Source: Eukaryota sp. GEM-RC1 (Eukaryota). Taken from it: a stretch of DNA of 64,000 nucleotides. Positions 12,928 to 24,215 of this stretch are shown here, piece after piece; the first letter of the stretch is position 1; each line of letters begins with the position of its first letter. The notes below the pieces were generated by a model that was given only the letters and a program-made list of their open reading frames with translations, searched no databases and was not told the DNA's origin. The position numbers were made by a program, and so were the translations under genes. Location of the stretch: positions 248,001 through 312,000 of the forward strand of contig JAUFOQ010000016.1 of assembly GCA_040285855.1 (NCBI GenBank). The letters run 5' to 3'.

Positions 12928-13540
12928 CAGGGATGCTAAAAAAATATTTATTTAAATTAATTGTTCACGACGAAAATAACTATATTGTGATTTTTGTGGC
13001 CAACAATAAATTTATTTGTATTGGCAAATTTGGCAATAAATAAATAAATATATTGTCACCATTTCTACGCAATCCAATGACTTTTTATTTTGTCCTCTAT
13101 TCATAAAATCTCATTTTCCAACAAACCAAAACAAGTTCTTCACTGAATGTTTCTCACTTTTACAGACATCAGTTTTCGATTACCGTGTAGACTTTTAACT
13201 ACAGCAGTTCAAAATCCAAACAGTAACCGAATTGACGTAAAGCAAACAGTGTAATCTTTTGTCTAGGTTGTTTTTACTAAAGTGAAAGTTCGTCAGAGGA
13301 CTACTGCACCCACAATGCATCTTCTTTACTCCAAAAGGGATGCAAAATTGAATATAACATCAAACAAATGGAAGATTTTAGTGATGAAAAATATTGCCAC
13401 AATAAACAATACTATTGCAATATTATTGTTTAATGCTGGGATTCACAATAAATATATTGTTATTGTTTTGACCAACAATAAATTTGCTGTTAATATTTAT
13501 TGCAATAAATAAAAAAACAATATATTTTGTCACATCCCTG
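12928..13540. mobile_element. Non-autonomous hAT-like element, 613 bp
   Basis: TIR CAGGGATG...CATCCCTG with imperfect AT-rich extension; flanks AGTTTCAC / CCTTTCAC (6 of 8 match); repeated AATAAATATATTG motifs. Confidence 0.75.
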
Positions 13541-14683
13541 CCTTTCACTACAATGTATACCTGTATTGGGGTCCTTCAAATCTCTCCTTTGATTAAACAA
13601 CAATTAATCATGATAAACACGTGTCACAACATAGAATTGGAAAATACCTCTCACTCATCATTCGTAAATCTGTACACTACATGTAGATCATTCATCAATT
13701 TCTTGATCAATTGTTCTCTTAATCTTAGTAATTATTGGCCACCGTTCAATCGAGAAAGCGGCACCTTCCCGAAGACAAGTGTCTGTATATAGAACACATA
13801 TGATTGTGGTGGCAACTGAACAACTTCATTGTTCCAATATTTCCCAGAAATCTAATAATTCTTGGGTTACAAATTGTTGTTCAGGCATTCCAGTAATTTC
13901 TCAGAAAAACAACCACAGGCAAATAGTGGGAAAACTATTTTAGTTGTACTCTTTGTTGGTGGTCTCGAAATTACTAGTCATCATCCACCCAGCAGTGTAT
14001 AGCACTATTACAACACTGTGGTGAAATACCCGAACACTCTTTAACAGTACTGAAAAGAAGATGATATCACACTTTTCACATCAATTAAGTGATTAAAACC
14101 GAACAATATCTTTGGCTTCATTGATATTACTATTAGTGAATAAATTGTGGAAATGAGACTGATCATGTAACCAACAAAGAACATCGGTGTTTTTGGCTGT
14201 GCTTTCAATGTGGCGTTTGCAAAATCAGTGTTTCTTCGACACCACTCGACAACAGTACGAGATATCATTACTAATGGAGTCAAGGGAGGAACACAACAAA
14301 AAGTATCAAACTTGTTTAATCTTCGGTCAGTTAATGACACAAAATCACATTTCCAATAACACCCTCACCAATTGCAACATTCTGATCAAATTTGTATTTG
14401 CGTGCAAACATACGTTGATTGTAGTAATTGAATCATGTGAAAAATTCCAATGTCACATTCATGAGGTATTTATGTCGAAACTCGTCAATGTTCAAGAAAA
14501 CAGTTTGTTAAGGAAAACAATACAAACACTCTCTTCTTGTTTTATGCTTGTACAATGTATTAGATTACGACAATATCTATCGAACCTCAATCGAAAAACG
14601 ATGATCCAAGAATATGATCGATTTACAAAATACATGTACTTTATAATAGAAAACAAAAATCTAACATACAATATGCCGCGCAT

Positions 14684-17600
14684 TTAATACATTGGAAATG
14701 GATTCTGAGCAAAATGATCCATAATTCCATAAAGTTGATCAAGATGAGGTCCCAACTTTCTCATTAATCCCAACTCTCTTAATAGCCCTTCCAATTCCTC
14801 ACGAGGAATGGGAGTGTAAGCAATACATGAAGGAGACATTGGGTTGAGATGTTCAGCATTAACCTTGATTTGTTTAACAGCGAAGTTCTCCTCCCACAAG
14901 TCTAACCAAAACGTAATCCAATATCCAATTGCTGGATGAGCATTGAATTGCATTAAACGACAATAAACGAAATCGAGACCATTCTTATGAACTTGAGGAA
15001 GCATTTTAAGGTGGTGGTTGTGTTCGAAATTAGTAAGGTAATATTCCAATTCCTGACGAGTAACTCTGTCGTTGTTGAAAACGTGGAACCAGAATCCCCA
15101 AGACAAAGTCAATTCCTTGTTTCTTCGTTCCTGCATAAGTCCATTTCTGTACTCTTGATGTTCACGCATTAATTGAGGATAATTCTGACCGACATGATGA
15201 GAATTATTAGGGTGATACAACAGACGGAGGATAGTTTGATTAGCACTGAATTCATAATCAATTCCAAGTTCAGAATGTCCAATAACTGAGTTTTCTCCAG
15301 TGAAATCATGTCCTTGAGCACTACCCACACCATCGTAAAGTCTCATCGTAGCCTTGAAACCGGCACTCCACTTAGACTTTCTGTTTCTTCCAATAGAAAG
15401 AATTCCTCTGGTGAAAGTGAAGAAAACCTTGATAGTTTTGGTCTTTCTGTTTCCTCTGCTATCAGTTCCATCATCAACAACCTTGTTCTTCCAACATTGG
15501 TAGAAGAAATAACAATCTTGACCATTGAGACAACGGAGTTGCTGACGAACGGATCTTCTACGGACAACTTCAGGAGTTCTATTGACTTGAGCAAAAGGAA
15601 TGACTTCATGATCAGGAATCATAACGAAATCGTCAGAATCATCATAGACAAACACACATTGGAAGGGGAAAGGTTTAATCCAGAGCTTACCAAAGCAAGT
15701 CTTAGAGTCGAGTTTACCATCATCAACATTCTCAGTGTACCAATAAACATCAATACCTTCCAATTGACTTTCAAGGAAATAACGTTCTTGAGCTAAATCC
15801 TGGGGAATGGGGAGCAAAGCGTTCTTATATCTTTCAAAACCAACATGTTCAACAATTTCTTTAATCTCAGCCAATCGTTGGAAGCAAGGCTTAAGAGACT
15901 CGTCACTGACAAACAGGGATTCCCAGAAGGGATGCCAGATTCGGAGCTTGCGTTCTCTAAACAAATCCCATTGCTTATCTTTCTTTGAGAAATGAACTCT
16001 TCCAGTGAGCTGTTGCCACTTGAGTTGAGTACATCTCATTCCAGAGACCACCAGACCAACCATGAGAAGAGCATTAACAGTATGAAGGATAGCTAGTACA
16101 GGATCAGCGAAAGCACCAAACAAATCAGAGTTGATAGTTAAACCAATACCAAGGAAGGCAGTGACAACAGTTGTAGTACGAGCAGACTGATCAATCTTAT
16201 CATCAACTCTTCTAATGAAGGGTGAAGATCTGAATGAAGCGATAGCGAAAACCAATAGAATGACGACAACGAGTCCTTCACGAATGAGAATAAGGGACAG
16301 TGGCATCTCATCGTCTTCACCACGGCCCGGGGTCAAGATAACAATTGGTGTTACTAAAAGGAACTTAATAACCATGATAAACACCTTATAAGCTGAATAA
16401 TTACGTTCATAACCATCATAGAGGAAAGCATAGGGGCACTTGTCTTTCTTGAGATCCGCATGATAATCGTTAAGAGTATATTCCTTTGGTTTACCTTCAG
16501 CATCAAAGTAGCGAGGCTTAGGTCTGTTCTTCTTGATGAGACGATAGCAGAGAATAGGTACAAACATAGTAATTGCAGAGAAGGAACATATAGCAACAAC
16601 AATGTGAACAATATGTTCCTCTTCATAGCAGTGAGCGTAGGCAATACCTTCTTGTCCAGGAGCAAACTCTTCCCTACACAGCATAATAGACAGAGAATTT
16701 CTTGAGACAGCGAGGTAGAAAGAGGTAAGAGCAGTAAGATTGATCTGAGCCATTAATCGAGTGAGCTTCTTTCGATCTTCCCAAGACACTACTTCATGAC
16801 CATCTCTAATGTCATCAGGATCAGTCTTGATACGATAGAGCATTAGAGCAAGCATGACGAAGGAAATGATAGCGAAGACGTAGAACCAGATGAGAGGAGT
16901 CATAGCTACAAGGAAGGATTGGACGTTGAGAGCGATTGCACTAGCGAGACGATTAAAGAAGGCAAAGAAGCGAGCAGCATGTTCACCGAAGGAGAAAGAA
17001 ACAAAGAAGAGAGAGATGATCTGACCAAAATCTCTAAAGAGATCGAACTTCACGAAATCAAAGAGGAAGCGAGCAGCACCAGTAAGCATAGCGATTGAAC
17101 GGGCTAGTTGATCACGAGACATTGAGTATACACTAGAAACAGCGGAGAAGTCAGGGCGAGGAACATTCTTGATGATATCAGAGTTCCAGAGATCCTTAGT
17201 GGCAGAAGCAGCTTTGGCTGCGAACTGACCTCCTTCACGAACAACATAACTTGCAGCGGATACAAATTGGGGAGCATTCTTGGCAGCCAGTTCTTGAGCT
17301 TGTTTGGCAGCATCGGCAGCTCCACTGAGAGCCTTTTGACTTTGTTCTACGGCACTAGAAGAAAGCTGACCACCAACATTTCCAGCAATTGATCCCATGG
17401 CTTCGGCAGCAGCTTTTCCTTGTTCTCCGATTTGGGAAGCAATTTGAGCTCCTTGAGCAGCAGCTTGTTGTCCGGCTTTTAATACTTGTTGTCCTCCTTG
17501 CATCGCAACTTGAGCTCCTTGTTGAGCGATTTGAGCACCTTGCTGACCCATCTGACCTGCTACTTGAGCAACCTGTTGTCCTCCTTGCATCGCAGCCTGA

Positions 17601-17947
17601 GCACCTTGCTGGGCGAGTTGAGCTCCATGTTGTCCCATCTGACCGGCAATTTGACCAGCTTGTTGTACTCCGGGTTGAGCTGCATTCCAAACTTGTTGTC
17701 CTCCTTGCATAGCAGCTTGGGCACCTTGTTGAGCGAATTGAGCACCTTGTTGAGCGAATTGAGCCCCATGTTGTCCCATCTGGCCTGCCATTTGAGCTGC
17801 TTGTTGTCCTCCTTGCATCGCAGCTTGAGCTCCTTGTTGAGCGAATTGAGCTCCATGTTGTCCCATCTGACCAGCAAATTGAGCAGCTTGCTGGCCTCCT
17901 TGCATCGCAGCATTTGCGCCTTGTTGACCCATACGATTTGGATCCAT
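14684..17947 (-). CDS. Multi-pass membrane protein with N-terminal Q/G/A-rich repeat domain
   Basis: Uninterrupted ORF with likely ATG at 17947 (MDPNRMGQQG), about 8-9 hydrophobic helices in the middle and a soluble C-terminal domain. Confidence 0.85.
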   Translation of the reverse strand: MDPNRMGQQGANAAMQGGQQAAQFAGQMGQHGAQFAQQGAQAAMQGGQQAAQMAGQMGQHGAQFAQQGAQFAQQGAQAAMQGGQQVWNAAQPGVQQAGQIAGQMGQHGAQLAQQGAQAAMQGGQQVAQVAGQMGQQGAQIAQQGAQVAMQGGQQVLKAGQQAAAQGAQIASQIGEQGKAAAEAMGSIAGNVGGQLSSSAVEQSQKALSGAADAAKQAQELAAKNAPQFVSAASYVVREGGQFAAKAASATKDLWNSDIIKNVPRPDFSAVSSVYSMSRDQLARSIAMLTGAARFLFDFVKFDLFRDFGQIISLFFVSFSFGEHAARFFAFFNRLASAIALNVQSFLVAMTPLIWFYVFAIISFVMLALMLYRIKTDPDDIRDGHEVVSWEDRKKLTRLMAQINLTALTSFYLAVSRNSLSIMLCREEFAPGQEGIAYAHCYEEEHIVHIVVAICSFSAITMFVPILCYRLIKKNRPKPRYFDAEGKPKEYTLNDYHADLKKDKCPYAFLYDGYERNYSAYKVFIMVIKFLLVTPIVILTPGRGEDDEMPLSLILIREGLVVVILLVFAIASFRSSPFIRRVDDKIDQSARTTTVVTAFLGIGLTINSDLFGAFADPVLAILHTVNALLMVGLVVSGMRCTQLKWQQLTGRVHFSKKDKQWDLFRERKLRIWHPFWESLFVSDESLKPCFQRLAEIKEIVEHVGFERYKNALLPIPQDLAQERYFLESQLEGIDVYWYTENVDDGKLDSKTCFGKLWIKPFPFQCVFVYDDSDDFVMIPDHEVIPFAQVNRTPEVVRRRSVRQQLRCLNGQDCYFFYQCWKNKVVDDGTDSRGNRKTKTIKVFFTFTRGILSIGRNRKSKWSAGFKATMRLYDGVGSAQGHDFTGENSVIGHSELGIDYEFSANQTILRLLYHPNNSHHVGQNYPQLMREHQEYRNGLMQERRNKELTLSWGFWFHVFNNDRVTRQELEYYLTNFEHNHHLKMLPQVHKNGLDFVYCRLMQFNAHPAIGYWITFWLDLWEENFAVKQIKVNAEHLNPMSPSCIAYTPIPREELEGLLRELGLMRKLGPHLDQLYGIMDHFAQNPFPMY
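17430..17930 (-). repeat. Coding tandem repeats of 33-nt and 21-nt units (11-aa and 7-aa)
   Basis: QQGAQAAMQGG / QQAAQMAGQMG / QHGAQFA units recur 4-5 times each. Confidence 0.9.
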
Positions 17948-18202
17948 ATGAGAGAGTTGTGTTCGAGAGAAATGAACTTTCCCGCCCAATCAATGTGTTT
18001 CTTTTCATCAGTACGATTCAGCGTAGATTCGATATCCAGAATCATTGATCATGGTTTATGATCATGGATATCCTTCAACTGATGCGAATGACTCTCTTTG
18101 TTTTTCAACTTCTGTCTTTTTTGGAACCACCCTTTGAAGAAATCCTTCCACAAGTTAGTAGCCACTCTTGTTCTCATTGGTCTCAGATGAACAATTTGTT
18201 TC

Positions 18203-18895
18203 ATGACCAAAATTGTTGTAATTGATTTCTGGTACACTCTTCCAGATCTTGGAGCTCTAGACCACATTCTCAGAGACTATACTGACAAACATGCCAATAT
18301 AGCTTTATTTATGGAACGTCATATCAAGGTTCTTTCTCTCTTTCTATCATCCCTTCGCAAATTCACTAAATTTGATACACTATGTCTTCACGCTCTTGAA
18401 TTGTCACTCTTGGATGCTGGCGTGTCCCTCAGTCTTGAACAAATGGAAGAAATAGTGTCCAGAATCTCCAATGTCCAATTGTTTGATGAGGTCGACGACA
18501 CCTTGTTGGAATTGAAAGATAAAGGTTACCAAATAGCTCTGTACACCATCCTCAGTTCTAAAACCACCCAAGAAATCCTCAAGACGAACAAAGTAGATCA
18601 TCTTATTGATTATATTGAAACAGCTGAAGATCATCCCGCGTTGCTTCCTTCCATTGAGTCAATCAAGCACATTGTGAATCGTTTCCAACCTCTTGTTGAT
18701 GATCCCACCCATCTCTACTTTGTTTCTGGAAGTGCTTTCTCATGTGGTGCTGCAAAGACAGCTATGATTGAAGGGCTCAAGGTTATTCGAGTTGCTAGAC
18801 CTCCGAAAGCTGTCCCATGTTTTGGTTTTGTTCCTTGTCCAAATGCAGTGGTAAGTAATTTGAGAGATGTACTAACCATTATTGATGATGTGTGA
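18203..18895 (+). CDS. HAD-superfamily protein (haloacid dehalogenase type II-like), degenerate motifs
   Basis: IVVIDFWYTL, LFDEVDDTLLELKDKGYQIALYT, YFVSG...GAAKTA, VIRVAR, PNAVVSNLRDV. Confidence 0.75.
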   Translation: MTKIVVIDFWYTLPDLGALDHILRDYTDKHANIALFMERHIKVLSLFLSSLRKFTKFDTLCLHALELSLLDAGVSLSLEQMEEIVSRISNVQLFDEVDDTLLELKDKGYQIALYTILSSKTTQEILKTNKVDHLIDYIETAEDHPALLPSIESIKHIVNRFQPLVDDPTHLYFVSGSAFSCGAAKTAMIEGLKVIRVARPPKAVPCFGFVPCPNAVVSNLRDVLTIIDDV

Positions 18896-19406
18896 TTACC
18901 AATTTAATAATAAAATCCATACACTTCAAAATGATTCTTTTGGATTCTACTGCTAGTGGTAGATGAATGATTCCGCCAGTTAACATAATATACATCCACC
19001 CTAGCTTGGTTATGGAATCTGTTAAAAAAATAACGTAAAGCTGTGTTGAACGGATTCTGACAGTTAGAGCATCCTGTGAAAATAGGGGTGAATTTCGAAA
19101 ACTGGGAGTAAGCAGTTGTTATGAAATTCACAGTAGTTAGATCATACCAAATTGGTCTATTTGTATTCTGATTCTACTCTGATTTTATTTCACTGTGAGT
19201 AATTTAGTGGCATTAATTAAAATGATCAGTGCATTGGCAGCACTTTACTTGCAATCTAAATTGACGTACAAAAGTTTATAAATTTCTTCTTTAACTTCCT
19301 TCTTTAATTATACTTTTAAAATAAACACAATGTTGTAGCTTAAAACAAACTAAGTAAAATACACGGGTCAATCAACAGCCAATCATTAAAACAATCAACA
19401 GCCCCT

Positions 19407-20369
19407 CTAGATCCCACTCTTCACTCGTTTCCTTTCTTTTCCCACTAACTTCTTCTCATTAAACAATTTCGCCTGTATTCCTGCTTTACCCATTTCACTA
19501 GAGACATTAAAGGATCCAGGTCCTAACTTTCCACTCTCCCTACCCAATGTCATGTAGTCATTACCATAAAACAACTTTGGGGTTTCCAAACGTTTCTCCT
19601 TTCCAAAACTAAAAGAAGAACCCTTGGCAGTATCAGAGACCAACTTCGAAGGAGCACATCCAAGTGTTTCTCTACATAAATTAACTGAACAATGTTGGTT
19701 ACTAATGAACATTTTGGGAGAACTGTGGCCTTTAAACGAAGCTCCTGGGATTTTTGACCTAATTTTTTCATTTTTGACCCATACCGAATGTCTAGAATAA
19801 GCAGACGGGGTCTCAGTGTTAGCAGTCTTTTCAGAGTGTGCAGCACTAATGAAACACTTGTGAGAATGACGTAACCCTAATGAGTATTTGGGAGACATGT
19901 TGATAGGTTTACTACGATGTTTAGCTGGATCAATCTCGTAGTCAGCAGGAGAAGGGTTTTTCTGGGGTCCAGTGGCTTCTGAATGAAGTCTGGATAAGAA
20001 TTGGTTAGAAGGAGATGAACCAGAGAACATGATAGTGGGAGATCGGGGCTTGATACTTGTGTACTGAGGATTGAAGGTATTGGGAGAAGGTGTGTCAAGA
20101 TCATGTGCATGAGTATTGTGTTCTTTAGAGATGAAGACCTTTGAGGTGTGTGAGGATTTGGTGAAGCTAACCTTTGATGCAGAAGGATGGGTCTTGTTGA
20201 GAGCATCGTAGAATTCTTGTTGTCCAGGATAAGGAGATGATCCAGAAGTAGAATCAACAGCAGAGTGGCCAGCTGATATATACACTTTGTGGGAATGACG
20301 GCTAGCTAAACTGGCTGCTGGACATGATACTAATGGCTTTCGCATCAAGAAAAAGTGATTTTTGTTCAT
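19407..20369 (-). CDS. SHIPPO/ODF3-like Pro-Gly-Pro repeat protein (putative flagellar)
   Basis: Repeats K(V/C/M)(Y/F)IS..H followed by PYPG, TPSPNTF, PSPADY and GPGSFN. Confidence 0.6.
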   Translation of the reverse strand: MNKNHFFLMRKPLVSCPAASLASRHSHKVYISAGHSAVDSTSGSSPYPGQQEFYDALNKTHPSASKVSFTKSSHTSKVFISKEHNTHAHDLDTPSPNTFNPQYTSIKPRSPTIMFSGSSPSNQFLSRLHSEATGPQKNPSPADYEIDPAKHRSKPINMSPKYSLGLRHSHKCFISAAHSEKTANTETPSAYSRHSVWVKNEKIRSKIPGASFKGHSSPKMFISNQHCSVNLCRETLGCAPSKLVSDTAKGSSFSFGKEKRLETPKLFYGNDYMTLGRESGKLGPGSFNVSSEMGKAGIQAKLFNEKKLVGKERKRVKSGI

Positions 20370-20580
20370 TTGTTCTTTTGCCTGTCACATGTTTCAAGTT
20401 GAGGTTGTACAAATTTCTTCGTTTTGTACCAGTTCAATTGATCAGATGTACTAACATTCACACACCAAAATAATAATACAAATTTATGCTAAAATTTAGA
20501 AACAAAATTATTCAAAAATCATAATCTACAATTCGTCATCATCCATAAGTACACTAAGTCCTTCTACAGCTGAAACAGGT

Positions 20581-22230
20581 CTAGCCAATGATCCAATACT
20601 TCCCTTCCATTGGTCGTTGATTAAACCTAAACTCATGTGGTTTGGTTAACTTTGGTGACCAAGACTCTTTAGGTTCTTCTGGTCTAGTTCTAGAGAGCTG
20701 TAATCGTTTGTAAAACTCTAATTCCCCAGCATGACGACCTGTAACGTCAGAAAAGTCAATAAATGAAGGTTCGTTTGTACATTCTTCTCCATTACAGCAA
20801 CTACATCGTTTTCTAGTCAAGTCTACTCTAGGAGAATCAGAACTTCTCCATGGTTTCTCAACTTTATCGTACAAAATGTTATCCGAATCGACTTTTTCAC
20901 GACGACGAAGCTTCCACTCCTCCATGTTTGCATCTTGATTGGGATCAACATCATCAAAGGGGACAAAAACGTCATCCTGATTGACTCTCTTCGGTGAGTT
21001 AGCGATATCTTCTCGAAGTTTCTCCTTAGAATGTACAAACTTAAAGGGTTCAGGTTTAGTAACCTCAGGGTTCCAATTATCCCCTCTAGAAATCAGTCTC
21101 TCAGGGTCCTGCTCCTCACGTATCTTTCTGGCCTTCTGCTGACGTGTCAAAAACTCATCAACTCCATAATACTTCTTTAAAGAAGCCTCACTATTTGGTC
21201 TAACTCCTGGTCCACGTTGTTTCCTTCGTTGTTGATTGGGGGTGAAGGTACACTCCTTTAATTGTTCTTCAATGAGTTTCTCCTTCTCATGAAGCATTTT
21301 CTGCTCCTTGCGTTGTTTCCAAGCTAGAGTTCTTGAAACAACACTACCCTCAGTCTTGAAAGTTCCGTTAGAGTCTTTGGCTTTTCTCGTGATTCTTGGA
21401 GAAAAGGTACATCCAGCAGTTTCCCGCTCAACACTAGAAATGGCAAGAGAATCACGTGTTTTTGACACTTCACCTCTCTTACTATAAAGGTAGTGAGAGC
21501 GAGGAGTACTGACAGGCTTAGAGTTAGCTGCCAGCTCAGCAGAATGACGATTGATTCGTGGGGAGAAAGTAAGATCAGGATCTTGTTGGGGATCAAGAAT
21601 GCTAACAGATGGAGGGGAGGATCGTTTGGGATTACCTTGGAGTTTAGTAGCAATGAAACGAGAACGGTCGTTGATTTTAGGGGTGTACAGGGAGTCTTCT
21701 TGTTCCATTTGAGAAGCAAGAGTACGGAGACGACGTTCTTGGGCTTCTCTCTCACGCTGATATAGGTCTTCTTCTATGGGCGTTCCTCTTATTTGGGAGA
21801 GAAGAGAAGTGCCAGATGAGATGGTGTGCTTCAGTGATTCTTCTTCTTCTAGCAGACGTTGTTTACGAGCTTCTTCTAGTTTGTTACGTTTCTCTTCCGC
21901 AACTTGAGCCATACGCTCAGGGAGAGGAGTTTCACGCTTGAGTGATGAGGAGGTGGCGTTGATAGATGGTCGGAAAGGGAATTCCTCAGAGGGAGGCGTT
22001 GGAGAATGGTCTCTTGATCTCCATCGATCAGCAAGTTTGGAAGAGCGTTGATTTATCGAAGGAGGGGTGATAGCAGGGCCGGTATCATTTCGTTTGCGTT
22101 CAATGCCCGAATCTCTCTCTCGGATCCAATTTTCGAAATAATCCAGAAGAGGAAGAGCACGTTCGATGGTTTTAGACATCTTGTTGATTTGAGGTCTAAA
22201 CATCAGTTTATCCGACTTTGGATAAGACAT
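20581..22230 (-). CDS. Charged coiled-coil protein with F-x-P-x-I-N repeats (putative microtubule-associated)
   Basis: FRPQIN, FRPSIN, YTPKIN, FSPRIN, CTFSPRIT, CTFTPN and TKPEPFKF/TKPHEFRF motifs. Confidence 0.65.
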   Translation of the reverse strand: MSYPKSDKLMFRPQINKMSKTIERALPLLDYFENWIRERDSGIERKRNDTGPAITPPSINQRSSKLADRWRSRDHSPTPPSEEFPFRPSINATSSSLKRETPLPERMAQVAEEKRNKLEEARKQRLLEEEESLKHTISSGTSLLSQIRGTPIEEDLYQREREAQERRLRTLASQMEQEDSLYTPKINDRSRFIATKLQGNPKRSSPPSVSILDPQQDPDLTFSPRINRHSAELAANSKPVSTPRSHYLYSKRGEVSKTRDSLAISSVERETAGCTFSPRITRKAKDSNGTFKTEGSVVSRTLAWKQRKEQKMLHEKEKLIEEQLKECTFTPNQQRRKQRGPGVRPNSEASLKKYYGVDEFLTRQQKARKIREEQDPERLISRGDNWNPEVTKPEPFKFVHSKEKLREDIANSPKRVNQDDVFVPFDDVDPNQDANMEEWKLRRREKVDSDNILYDKVEKPWRSSDSPRVDLTRKRCSCCNGEECTNEPSFIDFSDVTGRHAGELEFYKRLQLSRTRPEEPKESWSPKLTKPHEFRFNQRPMEGKYWIIG

Positions 22231-22303
22231 TTAGGCTATAAGACAGTGAACAAGAGAAGGAAGAGAAGTGTCTTCGTCACAAAATTTTGATGACAAAAGC
22301 ACA

Positions 22304-23494
22304 ATGTCCATTCTGTCAGGCTTCTCTGGCAGATACAGAGCTTTTAAAGAACTTGCTGCACTTCGGCAGGATCTCAAGACATACTCTGATGAACTCATCA
22401 AGTTGCGTCAGGAAAATGCAGTTCTTTCCACTGAATGCCTTCGCTCTAAAGAAGCAATGATGTCAACAATGAATGAAAACAATGATCTTAAACGATCTCT
22501 TGCCAGCCTCCAAACAACCATACCGAATGAATCCTTCATGGAACCATCTTCATATTCTGACAATGAAGACGATCACCAAGATTCCACTACCTCTCCTACA
22601 TTTCCTACCTCAGAACACCTCTTCCTCAAGACATCTGTTGGTGAAGCCCAAGCCCTCGAGTGTGACTACTCATCCTCTAAGTTTGCTGTGACAGGAAGTT
22701 CAGGTGACATTGAGATCTACGATGGTGACTCTGCCCAATCTCCAATTCTATCATTTTCTAATGACAAACCCTTGACTTCCTTAGAATTCTCCAAATGTGG
22801 AAAGTTTCTGTTCAGTGGAGGTTCAGGCAGGTGTATTGATGTTTGGGATCTTGCCCAAGTTAAACTAAAGAGTAGACTCTTCGCTCATCAAGGAAAGATT
22901 TGTGGTATTTCTAGCGCTCAGGATCCTTGTTTGTTGTTATCAGGAGCCATTGATCGTAAAATGTTGTTATGGGATACGACTAAATCTACAGTCCGCACGA
23001 CTTTTAATTGTAATAGCTCAATCAATGACGTCATCCTATCACGTCATGATGACCTGGCAATAGCTGCTCATCTCTCTGGAACTTTTTCTACTTGGGACAC
23101 GAGGTCTTCTTCTTTAGTTTTCCAACCACCAAAGCTCCATTCTGCCAGAGTTTCCAGTGTTTCCTTATTTAAAGAACACGTGGTGGTTACAATGGCCAGA
23201 GATAACTCAATTTGTTTTACAGATCTTCGAAATTTTGAAAAAGTGATGGAAATTAAAAATCCTGCTCTTGTTGTTCGGTCTGATTCTTCTAGCTTTTGCT
23301 TTTCACGTGATTCTAGGTATTTGTACGCTGGTTCAGTGGATGGAAAGATTCTAGTTTTTAACACTGTTAATGGAGATTTAGAAGGTGAAATTAAGGGAAG
23401 ACTCTCGGGAGCTGTTATATCTTGTAGAGTTGTTAATGATGGACATTTGTTGGCGGTTGATAAGGAAGGATCGTTGTCACTATTTAAAAAATAA
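22304..23494 (+). CDS. ATG16/TipD-like coiled-coil + WD40 protein
   Basis: N-terminal coiled coil then WD40 repeats with ATG16L-like RDNSICFTDLRNF and FSRDSRYLYAGSVDGKI; first ATG at 22304. Confidence 0.7.
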   Translation: MSILSGFSGRYRAFKELAALRQDLKTYSDELIKLRQENAVLSTECLRSKEAMMSTMNENNDLKRSLASLQTTIPNESFMEPSSYSDNEDDHQDSTTSPTFPTSEHLFLKTSVGEAQALECDYSSSKFAVTGSSGDIEIYDGDSAQSPILSFSNDKPLTSLEFSKCGKFLFSGGSGRCIDVWDLAQVKLKSRLFAHQGKICGISSAQDPCLLLSGAIDRKMLLWDTTKSTVRTTFNCNSSINDVILSRHDDLAIAAHLSGTFSTWDTRSSSLVFQPPKLHSARVSSVSLFKEHVVVTMARDNSICFTDLRNFEKVMEIKNPALVVRSDSSSFCFSRDSRYLYAGSVDGKILVFNTVNGDLEGEIKGRLSGAVISCRVVNDGHLLAVDKEGSLSLFKK

Positions 23495-23699
23495 CAAATT
23501 TAAATAACAGTGTTCGTGATTGTTTGTGTAAATTTTTGTTTGTTTGTCTAGGTTGTTGTTTATGTTTTGTTTTTCGATTGGTTCTTTTGGCAAGTGCTTT
23601 TCTGCTTGAGCGAACCCTTTTCTTTGTATAGTGTATAAATAATCTCTTCGTTTGAACTAGAATCCATACCTAACGTAATAAAACTGCTTTTGTTTAGGT

Positions 23700-23750
23700 C
23701 GCTACATAACTTATCGAACGTGTATGCATGATGCTGTAAGAGATCAAATT
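23700..23750 (+). mobile_element. Tiny CRE-like non-LTR fragment
   Basis: Translates as YITYRTCMHDAVRDQI, nearly the same as FITYRTCIHDAVRDQI in ORF 36238..36423. Confidence 0.6.
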
Positions 23751-24215
23751 AATGATTATTAAACTTTTTCTGTAACTTACGTACACACATTGAAAGTGAG
23801 AAAATAGAGCGTGTCGGGATCTCCCTCACTGAAACAGGAAACAAAGAAGACCAAACTCCGGCATCAAGATTTTTGATAAAATTGATATAATTATTCAAGC
23901 TAAAAAGCCACTTCGCTTCTGACATTAGCTTAGTCAGAAATAGCTAAAGGGTAAGCTTCAGACTGTTTTTCGTCATCACAATTAATTAGTTATTTTCTTA
24001 GGGTTTAAACGAAATCGTGTATCTTCTCGATATTTTGCATTCCCAAAGACAATTAAGATATAACGAGTATGTGGCTGAATAAACAGTCAAGAGATCGAAT
24101 ATTTATTACAATGCAATAGTTTCAAAAAAACCAAAATTATACAAAACCGAGTAGAATTTTTAAAAGACAAATTCTAAGGATAATAGTTGAACTGATAATC
24201 ATAATCAAAAACTAT

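Noticed and set aside
13550..14680. Short ORFs 14041..14340 and 14187..14687
   Set aside because: No recognisable motif or convincing coding pattern; possibly decayed sequence.
17355..18061. Long overlapping ORFs in other frames and on the other strand
   Set aside because: They are by-products of the stop-poor tandem repeat in the Q/G/A-rich gene.
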